Positions 43,662 to 52,262 of a stretch of 64,000 nucleotides of DNA are shown piece by piece (the stretch's first letter is position 1; the number at the start of each line of letters is the position of its first letter). Origin of the DNA: a virus. Taxonomy: Duplodnaviria; Caudoviricetes. The stretch lies in the IMG/VR virus record IMGVR_UViG_3300025679_000005; one strand, given 5' to 3'. The notes beneath the pieces were generated by a model. That model saw nothing but the letters and a program-made list of their open reading frames with translations. It did not search any database and had not been told where the DNA came from. Position numbers and translations under genes: made by a program.

Positions 43662-44265
43662 CCCCTGATCTACACCGGTCGAGGAACTCCCGTGCTTCGA
43701 GGAAATCCAACGCTTGTCCACGGAGATGCTCCACATCGCTGTCATTGCGGATGAGGTAGTCGGCGTGGGCAACCGCTCGTCCAGGGCTCTGTGAAGCCAG
43801 ACGAACCCGGGCATACTCCTCAGTGAAGCCGCTCCTGGCCATCAGGCGTTGAAGCTGAAGCTCTGGATCAATCTCCACGACCACCAGCGGGCGGAATTGG
43901 GCCCACTGCCCAGACTCGACAATCTGAGAGGCTTCATAACAGATGAGCCCATCCAATGCCAGGGACTTGTCCACGAAGCGTTGCTGGATGTGTTTCCACT
44001 GGATCTGCTCCAAGGTTCTCAGCAAGGGGTTCTTACCCTTGAACACGAATTCTCCCAGCTTTTTGCGATCGATGTGCCCGTCCCCGGTGAGGAAGTTGAC
44101 CCCGAAGATGTTGCTGATCTCGTAGTAGCAGGCCTCTCCAGGCTCCATGACCTCACGGGAAAGCTGGTCCGCATCAAGGACGTGGACGCCTTGCTCAGCG
44201 AAGAACTTGCCGACGGTGCTCTTGCCCGAGGCGATGCCGCCAGTCAGTCCGAATACGGTTCTCAT
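43645..44265 (-). CDS. coaE: Dephospho-CoA kinase
   Basis: FGLTGGIASGKSTV, DADQLSR, IDRKKLGEFVF, QLQRLMARSG, ADYLIRND. Confidence 0.9.
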   Translation of the reverse strand: MRTVFGLTGGIASGKSTVGKFFAEQGVHVLDADQLSREVMEPGEACYYEISNIFGVNFLTGDGHIDRKKLGEFVFKGKNPLLRTLEQIQWKHIQQRFVDKSLALDGLICYEASQIVESGQWAQFRPLVVVEIDPELQLQRLMARSGFTEEYARVRLASQSPGRAVAHADYLIRNDSDVEHLRGQALDFLEAREFLDRCRSGDAHIY

Positions 44266-44747
44266 TAGTACGTCCAGGGAAGTTGTTCGGGGTCGTGGTT
44301 GGGGTCTGGTGGAAGGACGATTTGCTGAGGAAGCAAGGGTCTGAAGAGCGCCTCCTCTTCAGACGTCAGTTCTACATCAAAGAACCCCAGGGCTCCTTTG
44401 AGAGGTCGGAAGGGTAGGGGGATGACCTGCTCCAACTTATAGCCATGTTGTTCGCGCATATGCCAGATTCCGCCCTCGGTCGACCCAGGCGGGTAGATAT
44501 GGGTGATAACCGCCGCTCCGATGATCCCGCCCTTGAGGTACACCTTGGAGTGACGGTCGGGTAGAGGGGTTCCGCACCATATCTGGGCGAAAGAGTGGTC
44601 TGCTACGGTCATTGTCGAAGCGGCGTGGATCAGGAAGGGGAGCGGGAGGCTCAGCTTCGTCTTCCACTTTCTGTTCTCGATCCGCTTCTCCCCATCAACC
44701 ACAATTCTTCCCCAGGGCTGTCTTAACGATAGGGCCTTCACGATCAT
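44265..44747 (-). CDS. ASCH-domain protein
   Basis: ALSLRQPWG.IVVDGEKRIENRKW, GGIIG, KGALGFF. Confidence 0.9.
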   Translation of the reverse strand: MIVKALSLRQPWGRIVVDGEKRIENRKWKTKLSLPLPFLIHAASTMTVADHSFAQIWCGTPLPDRHSKVYLKGGIIGAAVITHIYPPGSTEGGIWHMREQHGYKLEQVIPLPFRPLKGALGFFDVELTSEEEALFRPLLPQQIVLPPDPNHDPEQLPWTY

Positions 44748-44757
44748 GTACAGCTAG

Positions 44758-44774
44758 TACACCGGTCCGGTGTA
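44758..44774. promoter_or_regulatory. Back-to-back YGGTGTA pair
   Basis: TACACC-ggtcc-GGTGTA; 10 nt to 44747 (-), 12 nt to 44787 (+). Confidence 0.75.
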
Positions 44775-44786
44775 TAGACAGCGACC

Positions 44787-45458
44787 ATGGCATCCTCTGC
44801 AAAAATCCGCGAAGCGCACCAAGGAACCGCCCACACGCTCAGCGAGCGAGCTTACCTCACGCTGTTGATGATCTGGACGATGCTCGGCTTTGCCAGCACT
44901 ACCTGGGGAGCCTTGATCACCTACCATTCCAAGTTCTCCGGCTGGGGTACTGCGGGGTTGGTCGTTCTAGTATTCATTGGAGTCCTCGTAGCCACCTCTG
45001 AAATATTACCACTGGCCCTGATCGGTTACGCCCTCATCACTTTCCCATTTGGGCTGATGTTGGGTCCGGTAGTTGCCACCTACACGAAGGCCAGCGTCAC
45101 CCACGTCCTAGGGATCACCAGTATCCTCAGCGTCGGTCTCAGCGGCATCGGCATTATCTACCCGAAATCCCTGCGTTCCTGGGGAATTGTCCTGTTCGCC
45201 GGCCTGATTCTCCTGATCTTGAGCCAGTTTGGCCTCCTGTTCCTATCGGCCTTTGGCGTTCCCGTAGGATCGGCCCTGTCCTTCTTCGACTGGGTGGGCA
45301 TCATCCTTTTCAGCGGATTCGTCATATACGACATGAATCAGGCCATTCGCAGCGAGCGGACCCTAGTCAGCAGCCTTGCGTTCGCCATCGCCTTGTACCT
45401 GGATATCCTCAACCTGTTTATTCGGTTATTGAGTGTCTTTGGTAGTAAGGACGACTAA
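44787..45458 (+). CDS. Bax inhibitor-1/YccA family membrane protein
   Basis: Seven TM helices; FVIYDMNQ and AIALYLDILNLFIRLL. Confidence 0.9.
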   Translation: MASSAKIREAHQGTAHTLSERAYLTLLMIWTMLGFASTTWGALITYHSKFSGWGTAGLVVLVFIGVLVATSEILPLALIGYALITFPFGLMLGPVVATYTKASVTHVLGITSILSVGLSGIGIIYPKSLRSWGIVLFAGLILLILSQFGLLFLSAFGVPVGSALSFFDWVGIILFSGFVIYDMNQAIRSERTLVSSLAFAIALYLDILNLFIRLLSVFGSKDD

Positions 45459-45622
45459 TGCTGACCCTGAGTATCAAGCACTACGAATACGCCTCCACTG
45501 AGATACAGAACCCCGGCATGGTGCAACCACCTGACGGCGATGACTGGTTCTTCGTCGCCATGAGCGGCAACCCACACTCCCACACGGTAATCCTTTGGGC
45601 ACGAGAGAAGAAGAAACGCTAG
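45458..45622 (+). CDS. 54-aa hypothetical protein
   Basis: TAATG coupling; MLTLSIKHY...WAREKKKR (below ORF-track cut-off). Confidence 0.45.
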   Translation: MLTLSIKHYEYASTEIQNPGMVQPPDGDDWFFVAMSGNPHSHTVILWAREKKKR

Positions 45623-46401
45623 ACGATTCCTTTGGGAAGTGGTCTCATCCGACGCTGATCCTGCCCCCTAGCTACAGCTCCGATTCGAACAACCTCCGAA
45701 AGGTGGCTGAAGCTCGGGGTTGGAACGTTCATCGGGCGATTCGGTACCAGGCGCCGTTCACTGCCGGACCCCTAGCCGTTCACGGCCCCTTAGCTTTCTG
45801 CGACATTATCGCTCAGCAAGTAGGCTTGAGACTTCTGGACCCTCCGGATGCTTGGCTCGCCAACCTACCCAGGGAGTATCTCCTACGCGATGTCTGGGCG
45901 GGTACCGTTGCCGACCTCCACAAGGTCAAGTCAAAGGCGTTCATCAAACCGGCCAATGACAAGGTCTTCCAGTATGGGACCTACGAGCAAGGTCGGGATG
46001 TTCCAACAAGGCATATTGCTAGCACTTGTCCAATCCTTGTCTCCGAGGTTGTAGCCTGGGATATAGAAGTGCGCCTCTGGATCCTTGACCGCAAAGTCGT
46101 GGCCTCCGAATTCTACCGCATTGTTGGGGATCACGAGCCAAAGGTGGTTCTTGCCAGAGCCGAAGCGTTTGGCCAAGGCATCCTCGATGAGCCTGACTAC
46201 GATTTGCCCTCAGCAGTGGTCATAGACGTGGGACACATTGAAGAACGCGGCTGGGCGGCAGTGGAGGCCAACCAAGCCTATGCCTGCGGCATCTATGGGG
46301 AAGAGAACCACTCAGAGATCCTCGATGTAATCCGACGGTCTAGTGACGGCTTCGAGGTGTTGCAGCCGGAAGACGCTAAATATGTTAGGACGTACGAATG
46401 A
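45595..46401 (+). CDS. Second ATP-grasp protein (DUF4343/R2K-like); start uncertain
   Basis: AFIKPANDKVF, EVRLWI, VIDVGHIEERGWAAVEANQAYACGIYG. Confidence 0.8.
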   Translation: MGTREEETLDDSFGKWSHPTLILPPSYSSDSNNLRKVAEARGWNVHRAIRYQAPFTAGPLAVHGPLAFCDIIAQQVGLRLLDPPDAWLANLPREYLLRDVWAGTVADLHKVKSKAFIKPANDKVFQYGTYEQGRDVPTRHIASTCPILVSEVVAWDIEVRLWILDRKVVASEFYRIVGDHEPKVVLARAEAFGQGILDEPDYDLPSAVVIDVGHIEERGWAAVEANQAYACGIYGEENHSEILDVIRRSSDGFEVLQPEDAKYVRTYE

Positions 46402-46826
46402 CCTCTGCGCTCAAGCCCTCCCCAAAGCCCGGGCAATACTGGGCCAGAGAAGCCGACACCTGCTTGTGCTACGTGACGGAATTCTGGCCTGGAGACAATT
46501 ACAGCACCGTCAGTATAAAGACCTGGACAGGATATGACTTTAACCCAGACACCTTCGTACTACCTGCTACGGGTCTCCTATGGCTTTGGCACGAAACCCA
46601 CATAGACCGTGCCCTCATTCCTTGGGACATGTTACCAGGAGACGTAGGCATCCACATGCCGACACGGCAACTGTTCTTCATCGGGCCAGGGACTGACAGG
46701 CACCTAGTGCATATCCTCAGTGACTGGTACTTCGAGAAAGATCATATCCGCTTGTTCTATGCGATCAGGCGTGATGAGACTGAGGGTGTCGCCCTCGTAA
46801 AGCGACTATCCGATCCAATTGTCTAG
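46398..46826 (+). CDS. Hypothetical protein
   Basis: 142 aa. Confidence 0.6.
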   Translation: MTSALKPSPKPGQYWAREADTCLCYVTEFWPGDNYSTVSIKTWTGYDFNPDTFVLPATGLLWLWHETHIDRALIPWDMLPGDVGIHMPTRQLFFIGPGTDRHLVHILSDWYFEKDHIRLFYAIRRDETEGVALVKRLSDPIV

Positions 46827-47395
46827 CCCAGGCGAGAGTAGATGTTGACGACCCTGGCTTCTCCCAGCTCAGCTACAAGGAATGGGCGGCAGCGAGATAC
46901 TAAGTCAGCTCGGGCCTGACCCAAGTCCTCCTTGGCAACAACTGTCGCTGACAGCCAACCAACTAGGATGTCAGCAGCCTCCTCTTCTACGAGTAGTTGG
47001 GCCAGCATCATCGCAACGTCCTCGAAGTTTCCTGCCATGAAAGCCCCACGGCACTTACGGTGAATCACTTGGAGTTCGACATCAATGGGATCCCGAATAG
47101 CCTTGGCTTTGGCGTAGGCTTCATCCAGAATTGCTGCGATGTGCTCGGCCATTGACTTGCGTTGCTCAACCGAGCCGTAGCGACAGCACCGTCTACAGCC
47201 GGCGCTCATGCCAGGGTGGGCGCATGTGCACTGACTATGACAGGGAGTGGTCAGGAGGCAGGGGCAGCCACGATCATCTTCCTTGCCCTCCAAGAGGGTG
47301 GTCTTGAGGATCTCATCCTGCTTGGCGTAAAAGCAGGTGTCACAGACGCACCCCTGTATATGGATCTGATTGGTTATGCCCGAATACTTGGTCAT
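46823..47395 (-). CDS. Cys-rich hypothetical protein
   Basis: CPCLLTTPCHSQCTC..CRRCCRYG; start MTKYSG with AAGGGAG SD. Confidence 0.65.
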   Translation of the reverse strand: MTKYSGITNQIHIQGCVCDTCFYAKQDEILKTTLLEGKEDDRGCPCLLTTPCHSQCTCAHPGMSAGCRRCCRYGSVEQRKSMAEHIAAILDEAYAKAKAIRDPIDVELQVIHRKCRGAFMAGNFEDVAMMLAQLLVEEEAADILVGWLSATVVAKEDLGQARADLVSRCRPFLVAELGEARVVNIYSRLG

Positions 47396-47715
47396 GCCCG
47401 ACTCCCTTGAGTGACCCGGGCTCGCTGCGTCAGGAACTCCTCGTGGAGGTTCCCTGTCCAATGCCTAGAGAACTCCCGATCAGTGGGGACGAAGTACCAC
47501 TTGGGTCGCACAACGTAGGCAAGGTAGGTAGTCCGTGTCGTGATGTACCCCGCCATCGCCAGCTCTTCCTTTGACGCACGCCGGCTAGCTTCCGCCCAGC
47601 CAGGGTTCGAAGTGAAGAAAAGCGCCTCACATTGGTCATCGGTAACGGTTAGGATGACCGCAGCGTGCCCCATTCCGTCGTCGTAAATGGCCACAAGACC
47701 GGGGTATAGGTCCAT
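47392..47715 (-). CDS. Hypothetical protein
   Basis: 107 aa; ATG 10 nt after TGGTGTA. Confidence 0.7.
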   Translation of the reverse strand: MDLYPGLVAIYDDGMGHAAVILTVTDDQCEALFFTSNPGWAEASRRASKEELAMAGYITTRTTYLAYVVRPKWYFVPTDREFSRHWTGNLHEEFLTQRARVTQGSRA

Positions 47716-47778
47716 CGTCTAAGTATACACCAGGCCCTAGGGCCGAACCATGAAATTCCTTTATTGAATCGCTAGGGT

Positions 47779-48264
47779 GTGCGAGAACCCGATCTCCGAG
47801 GGCCGGTGGGCCGAGCATGGCTTTTTAGGAAGCCTGCGAATGAGGTCGAGCCCGAATATGAGGCTTGCTTGGCGACCTGGCTGGTCAATCGGCCGGGCTT
47901 AAACGTAGATTGGGCGTGGTGGCTGGTAGCAGTGATCCATCTTCGAGACGTTCCAGGCGCGGAACCAGCGTTCCTGGCTTACCCACAGGCGGAGTACGAA
48001 TTCATGATCTATGCAATTGATCCCGAACAGTGCCCAAACCCTGAACCCGATGCTGAAATCGGCTACCCAATCCTCACGCCCTATGAAGTTGTCGAACAAT
48101 TTCATGAGGTCACCGATACCGACGCCTCACGCCTATGCGAACTAGGGGTTCGCACAATTCTTTCAGGGGGTCTTGACCCTGTGGAGGACCATCAGGCATA
48201 CTGGAACCAATTGATTGTCAAAAACGTCGCAGAATTCCGTGATGGCAAGAACCGAACGAACTGA
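47779..48264 (+). CDS. Hypothetical protein
   Basis: 161 aa. Confidence 0.65.
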   Translation: MREPDLRGPVGRAWLFRKPANEVEPEYEACLATWLVNRPGLNVDWAWWLVAVIHLRDVPGAEPAFLAYPQAEYEFMIYAIDPEQCPNPEPDAEIGYPILTPYEVVEQFHEVTDTDASRLCELGVRTILSGGLDPVEDHQAYWNQLIVKNVAEFRDGKNRTN

Positions 48265-48282
48265 TTCGGTGTAAAAGGGAAG

Positions 48283-48468
48283 ATGGCGGAATCAGCCCGA
48301 CCTCCTGACACGCTATTACTCCTAGAACCCGAAGAAGTCGATTGGGCCGAAGGCCATCGACTATTCCATCACCTTTGGGGGAAAGCCCACGACGGACCTG
48401 GCTATGTCAAGGACGAGTGGTATCAGCTACAGCGTTTACTAGAGGCAGCGGAGAGGAGGTCCCGCTGA
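48283..48468 (+). CDS. Small hypothetical protein
   Basis: 61 aa; ATG 9 nt after CGGTGTA. Confidence 0.6.
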   Translation: MAESARPPDTLLLLEPEEVDWAEGHRLFHHLWGKAHDGPGYVKDEWYQLQRLLEAAERRSR

Positions 48469-48474
48469 TACCCT

Positions 48475-49716
48475 ATGAAGAATCGTGACAGAGTACATAA
48501 GAAGCTCAATGCTGAGCATCAAAAGGCAATTCGCAAACAGAATGCGGACTCTAAAAAAGCCAGACAGAGAGCTATCGAGATCGCCACCATCGAAGCGGTC
48601 GAGAAACGGATTGTCGAGATCCGTAAGTGCACATATGTCAAGCCTATTATCGGCGAAGACTTCATCAGCCAAGTCAAGTTCAAAGCCCCCAAGCTCTTTG
48701 ACTACCCGTACAATGAAGCGGTGGCCAAAATACCCAGGACCGGTTGGATTCGGGACATCAGTACCTGGAAGCCCTTGGGCAAGTCCAGGTATACTCAGTT
48801 TATTTCCTTGGTCGAGCACCTACTGTCCAAGTACAAGACCCCTCAGTTTTTGTGGTCGGCCTTCTTCGATAGGGAGCACGCAGAGAAGACTGTCCCCCTC
48901 GCGGTCCACGTAGCTGGTGGAGGCAGCCTTTACGAGAAAGTCCAGGACGGTTCCTTCCCTGTACCCTTCACACGGAAGCTCTGCCACGAGTTCCTGAAGA
49001 CTCCGTCCGACTATGCCTTCATGTCGGCTGTTCGCAAAATCCAAGTGGAAGCCGCTGGAGGTGACCGTAGGCTATTTCAGATTTGGCATCAGACTAGGCA
49101 CGCTCTTCGTCTAGGGACTGTTGCCGAAGAAGCCTTCTCGGCCACGGTCCTGCACTTCTTCGCCAAAACCACGATGTTGGATCCAGCGCAAATCCTACCC
49201 ACTATCGATTACATCTACAACAGACACCGTGAAGACCCCACTTTCTCAATGAAGGGTCGTTCGATGTTGGCCTTAATGCGAGACCGGGACGAATGGCACA
49301 CTCATTTGTCTCGGGTCAAGGTCCTCAAGAAGCAGACGTACGCTCCCTCTGGCTTCAAGCCTAGGGAGTACACGAAGACCTACCCTGACAGCAGAAAGGG
49401 CGGGCACTACCAAATCGTCTGGCGTATCTTCGAAATCCTCAAATCCAATGACTTGGCGGATGAGGGGCGGGCCATGCGGCACTGCGTTTACTCCTATGCT
49501 CCTCGTATCGAAGAGGGCAAGGTGTCCATCTGGTCGCTCTGTGGCGAATCCAGGGGCCAAGACCTTCGGTACCTCACTATTGAGGTCAACAACATATCGA
49601 AGCAAATCGTCCAGCTCCGAGGGATCTGCAACTCCAAGGGCGGAGCACAAGACTTGCAGATCGTGGCTCAATGGGCCGCAGACAATGGGCTTACGATCAA
49701 CACAGGACGGTGGTGA
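48475..49716 (+). CDS. PcfJ-like domain protein
   Basis: C-terminal LADEGRAMRHCVYSY...SIWSL...LTIEV...IVQLRGICN. Confidence 0.85.
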   Translation: MKNRDRVHKKLNAEHQKAIRKQNADSKKARQRAIEIATIEAVEKRIVEIRKCTYVKPIIGEDFISQVKFKAPKLFDYPYNEAVAKIPRTGWIRDISTWKPLGKSRYTQFISLVEHLLSKYKTPQFLWSAFFDREHAEKTVPLAVHVAGGGSLYEKVQDGSFPVPFTRKLCHEFLKTPSDYAFMSAVRKIQVEAAGGDRRLFQIWHQTRHALRLGTVAEEAFSATVLHFFAKTTMLDPAQILPTIDYIYNRHREDPTFSMKGRSMLALMRDRDEWHTHLSRVKVLKKQTYAPSGFKPREYTKTYPDSRKGGHYQIVWRIFEILKSNDLADEGRAMRHCVYSYAPRIEEGKVSIWSLCGESRGQDLRYLTIEVNNISKQIVQLRGICNSKGGAQDLQIVAQWAADNGLTINTGRW

Positions 49717-49717
49717 C

Positions 49718-50077
49718 ATGGGCCTAGAAGTCTGGAGTGCCAGGATCTCGACAAGGGATAAAGATGCGTTCGACATCACGAGAAAGAGCGGGACCACCGC
49801 TTTTGCCCCGTCCTGGGGGACCCTGCGTCCCATCATCGAGTTGAATCAGGCCAAACTCGAAGTCTCCGAGCGTGACTGGCGCATCTACGCCAAGGCGTAT
49901 TTGGACGAAATGTCGAGGTCTTACAAGCTCAATAGAGGTGAGTGGGACAGGCTATTGGCCAGGGAACGAGTTGTCCTGGTATGTTTCTGCGTTACCCCAA
50001 AGCGTTGCCATCGCACCATCCTCGGTAAGATCCTGAATCGTTTGGGAGCTACGTACTACGGTGAGCTTGAGGCCTAG
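49718..50077 (+). CDS. DUF488-like protein
   Basis: DITRKSG...FAPSW...YLDEM..SY...VVLVCFC..PKRCHRTILG. Confidence 0.7.
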   Translation: MGLEVWSARISTRDKDAFDITRKSGTTAFAPSWGTLRPIIELNQAKLEVSERDWRIYAKAYLDEMSRSYKLNRGEWDRLLARERVVLVCFCVTPKRCHRTILGKILNRLGATYYGELEA

Positions 50078-50547
50078 AGTTCGTCGATGTCGTCATCATC
50101 ATCTTGAGGGATGACTACCATGTCCTCATCGTAAGCATCGAGGGATAAGCCGGCCGTTCCAACCATGATCGAATTGCTCACGAAGGTGGCCTCGGCCCTG
50201 ATTCGATGGATCTGGCACTTTAGGACTTGCTCCAGGACATCATGAGTACAGGAGCATCCTTTGGGTAAGGGTGCTCGGAAACGAGTGACCCCACGGATAG
50301 CATCCCAATCGTCTTCCATGTTGACGGGGGCATTGGGAAGTCGGTACTCTGGGAGCTGAATCCGACGAAGGATCTTGCAGTAGGTCGAACGCTTCGTGAT
50401 GAGCCCGTCTAATCTTGAATCTTTGTTGCCGATGAACGCCAGGGTTCCGTTGGGTAGGGCGAGGAAGCGGTTACCATCCCCATGTTCGATGACATCCCCG
50501 GGTACGCTGTCCAGTTCTGTAAGTGGTTTGTCGTCAGATTCGGTCAC
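50074..50547 (-). CDS. Hypothetical protein
   Basis: GTG start 10 nt after TGGTGTA; acidic tail. Confidence 0.65.
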   Translation of the reverse strand: MTESDDKPLTELDSVPGDVIEHGDGNRFLALPNGTLAFIGNKDSRLDGLITKRSTYCKILRRIQLPEYRLPNAPVNMEDDWDAIRGVTRFRAPLPKGCSCTHDVLEQVLKCQIHRIRAEATFVSNSIMVGTAGLSLDAYDEDMVVIPQDDDDDIDEL

Positions 50548-50557
50548 CTAGACTCCA

Positions 50558-50573
50558 TACACCAGGCGGTGTA
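50558..50573. promoter_or_regulatory. Back-to-back YGGTGTA pair
   Basis: TACACC-aggc-GGTGTA; 10 nt to GTG 50547 (-), 9 nt to ATG 50583 (+). Confidence 0.75.
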
Positions 50574-50582
50574 GAAGGGGCC

Positions 50583-50909
50583 ATGCACCCCATTCACGTT
50601 GACGGCCTAACCCCCAAAGAGCTGGCCAAGGCCGTAGGGAATCTGCGCTACGATGCCCTGAGAGACTTCGTCGAGGCTCTGTCCGTCGAATTGCAAGAAC
50701 AATCTCACAACGACGTGCTCAAAGACAGGCGCAAGTTGGCAGGGGAACTTGATCAAGCTGGGCATCGGCTGGCCATGGCTTGCTTCAGCATCGACGATGC
50801 CTGGCTAATCTGCAAGCCGTTCATGAATGAATCGGAACCGCCTGCCATTTCCGATGACGAGGCCGAGGGCATGCTCAAGCGGCTGACTGCCCATGGGCAC
50901 CTGAAGTAA
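50583..50909 (+). CDS. Hypothetical protein
   Basis: From MHPIHV, 9 nt after CGGTGTA. Confidence 0.65.
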   Translation: MHPIHVDGLTPKELAKAVGNLRYDALRDFVEALSVELQEQSHNDVLKDRRKLAGELDQAGHRLAMACFSIDDAWLICKPFMNESEPPAISDDEAEGMLKRLTAHGHLK

Positions 50910-50961
50910 GGGGGGTCCGCTATACCGGGTTTTGCAGTTTTACTTATGCAACACCCAGGGT

Positions 50962-51618
50962 ATGGAAACAGAGAAGTGCATACGGTGTGACAGGGTGCCA
51001 GAACCGGGGCTGGTCACTTGCCGGCCCTGCTTAGATAAAGCCAACCAGGCAGCTCTGGCAAAAGCCGCCAAGGCTATTCCAGGGAAGGTCTGTCGTTGTG
51101 GGAAGGCTATCGATCGCGAAGATCGTAAGACTTGCTCCTCTTGCCGTGGCCACGGAAGAAGAACTTACCGCAGGGCTCTAGCCACTACAGCCAATCTTGG
51201 GGTGTGCAGATCGTGCGATAACGAGACCATGCCTGACTACACCCAGTGCAGGGACTGCTGGTGGAAGAAGAAATCTCTAGCGCACTTCAAGACGGTCACT
51301 TTGGCCAAGGCCTTACAGCAATTGTGGGAGAGTCAGAACCGTAACTGTGCTCTCAGCGGCTTACCCATTGATGTGCCTTACATGGAATTAGACCACATCC
51401 TGCCCCTGGCTCGTAGCGGAGAAAACACAATGGATAACGTCCAATGGACCCTATCCATTGTCAATCGCATGAAGGGAAGTCTGACTCCTAAGGAATTCTT
51501 GGAACTATGCCAAACGGTGGCGTCCGCTAAGCCAAACCTTGTAAGTGATGCAGCCCTTCTAGAGGGGGCCTCTCAGCACCAGAACAGAGTTTGGAAGCGT
51601 AAGCAGAAGGGAACTTGA
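50962..51618 (+). CDS. HNH endonuclease with Cys-rich N-terminal repeats
   Basis: Multiple CxxC; CALSG...ELDHILPLARSGENTMDNVQW...NRMKG. Confidence 0.85.
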   Translation: METEKCIRCDRVPEPGLVTCRPCLDKANQAALAKAAKAIPGKVCRCGKAIDREDRKTCSSCRGHGRRTYRRALATTANLGVCRSCDNETMPDYTQCRDCWWKKKSLAHFKTVTLAKALQQLWESQNRNCALSGLPIDVPYMELDHILPLARSGENTMDNVQWTLSIVNRMKGSLTPKEFLELCQTVASAKPNLVSDAALLEGASQHQNRVWKRKQKGT

Positions 51619-52262
51619 AGATGCCGACATACAATAGTAAAGCACGCTACGCTGCCTGCCGAACGGCGGGAGTATGTCTGTGTGGAGTTCCTGTTATGGC
51701 GCCTCACGTCAAATGTGACGAGTGTCGAGCTGACGACAGAAAAAGGGCCGAAGCCAGAGAAGCTAAACGAGACTCCAAAGTCTGTCGTTGTGGTAGGAAA
51801 ATAGAGCGAACAGACCGCCTTGTGTGTAACCTGTGCTTAGAAAGGGGCAGTGAAGCAGGGAGAACCAAATACAAGAAAGCCAAAGAGCTTTGGTTGACTG
51901 AACCCGAAAAGGCTCCTTGCCTGAGATGCCTGAAAGCAGACCCTATGCCAGGTAGATCAGAATGTGTGCCATGCTGGTGGACTCAAGTAGCCAACTCCAA
52001 CTTCAGGTCAGTGAAAGTGGTGTCAGCCTTACAGAAGATGTGGTCGGCTCAAGGCCATCGTTGCGCAATCACTGGCTTGTTCATTGAACCAGGAGCCATG
52101 GAACTAGACCACAAGGTACCCTTGAGCAGAGGTGGGGCCCGTACTGTCGACAACGTTCAATGGGTGCTCCCCATTGTCAACAGAATGAAATACAGCCTCC
52201 GAACAGAGGAATTTGTATCTCTCTGCGCGAGAATCGTCGAGCACAACGATCACCACGACTGA
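51615..52262 (+). CDS. HNH endonuclease with Cys-rich repeats (tandem paralogue)
   Basis: CAITG...ELDHKVPLSRGGARTVDNVQW...NRMKY. Confidence 0.85.
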   Translation: MKMPTYNSKARYAACRTAGVCLCGVPVMAPHVKCDECRADDRKRAEAREAKRDSKVCRCGRKIERTDRLVCNLCLERGSEAGRTKYKKAKELWLTEPEKAPCLRCLKADPMPGRSECVPCWWTQVANSNFRSVKVVSALQKMWSAQGHRCAITGLFIEPGAMELDHKVPLSRGGARTVDNVQWVLPIVNRMKYSLRTEEFVSLCARIVEHNDHHD

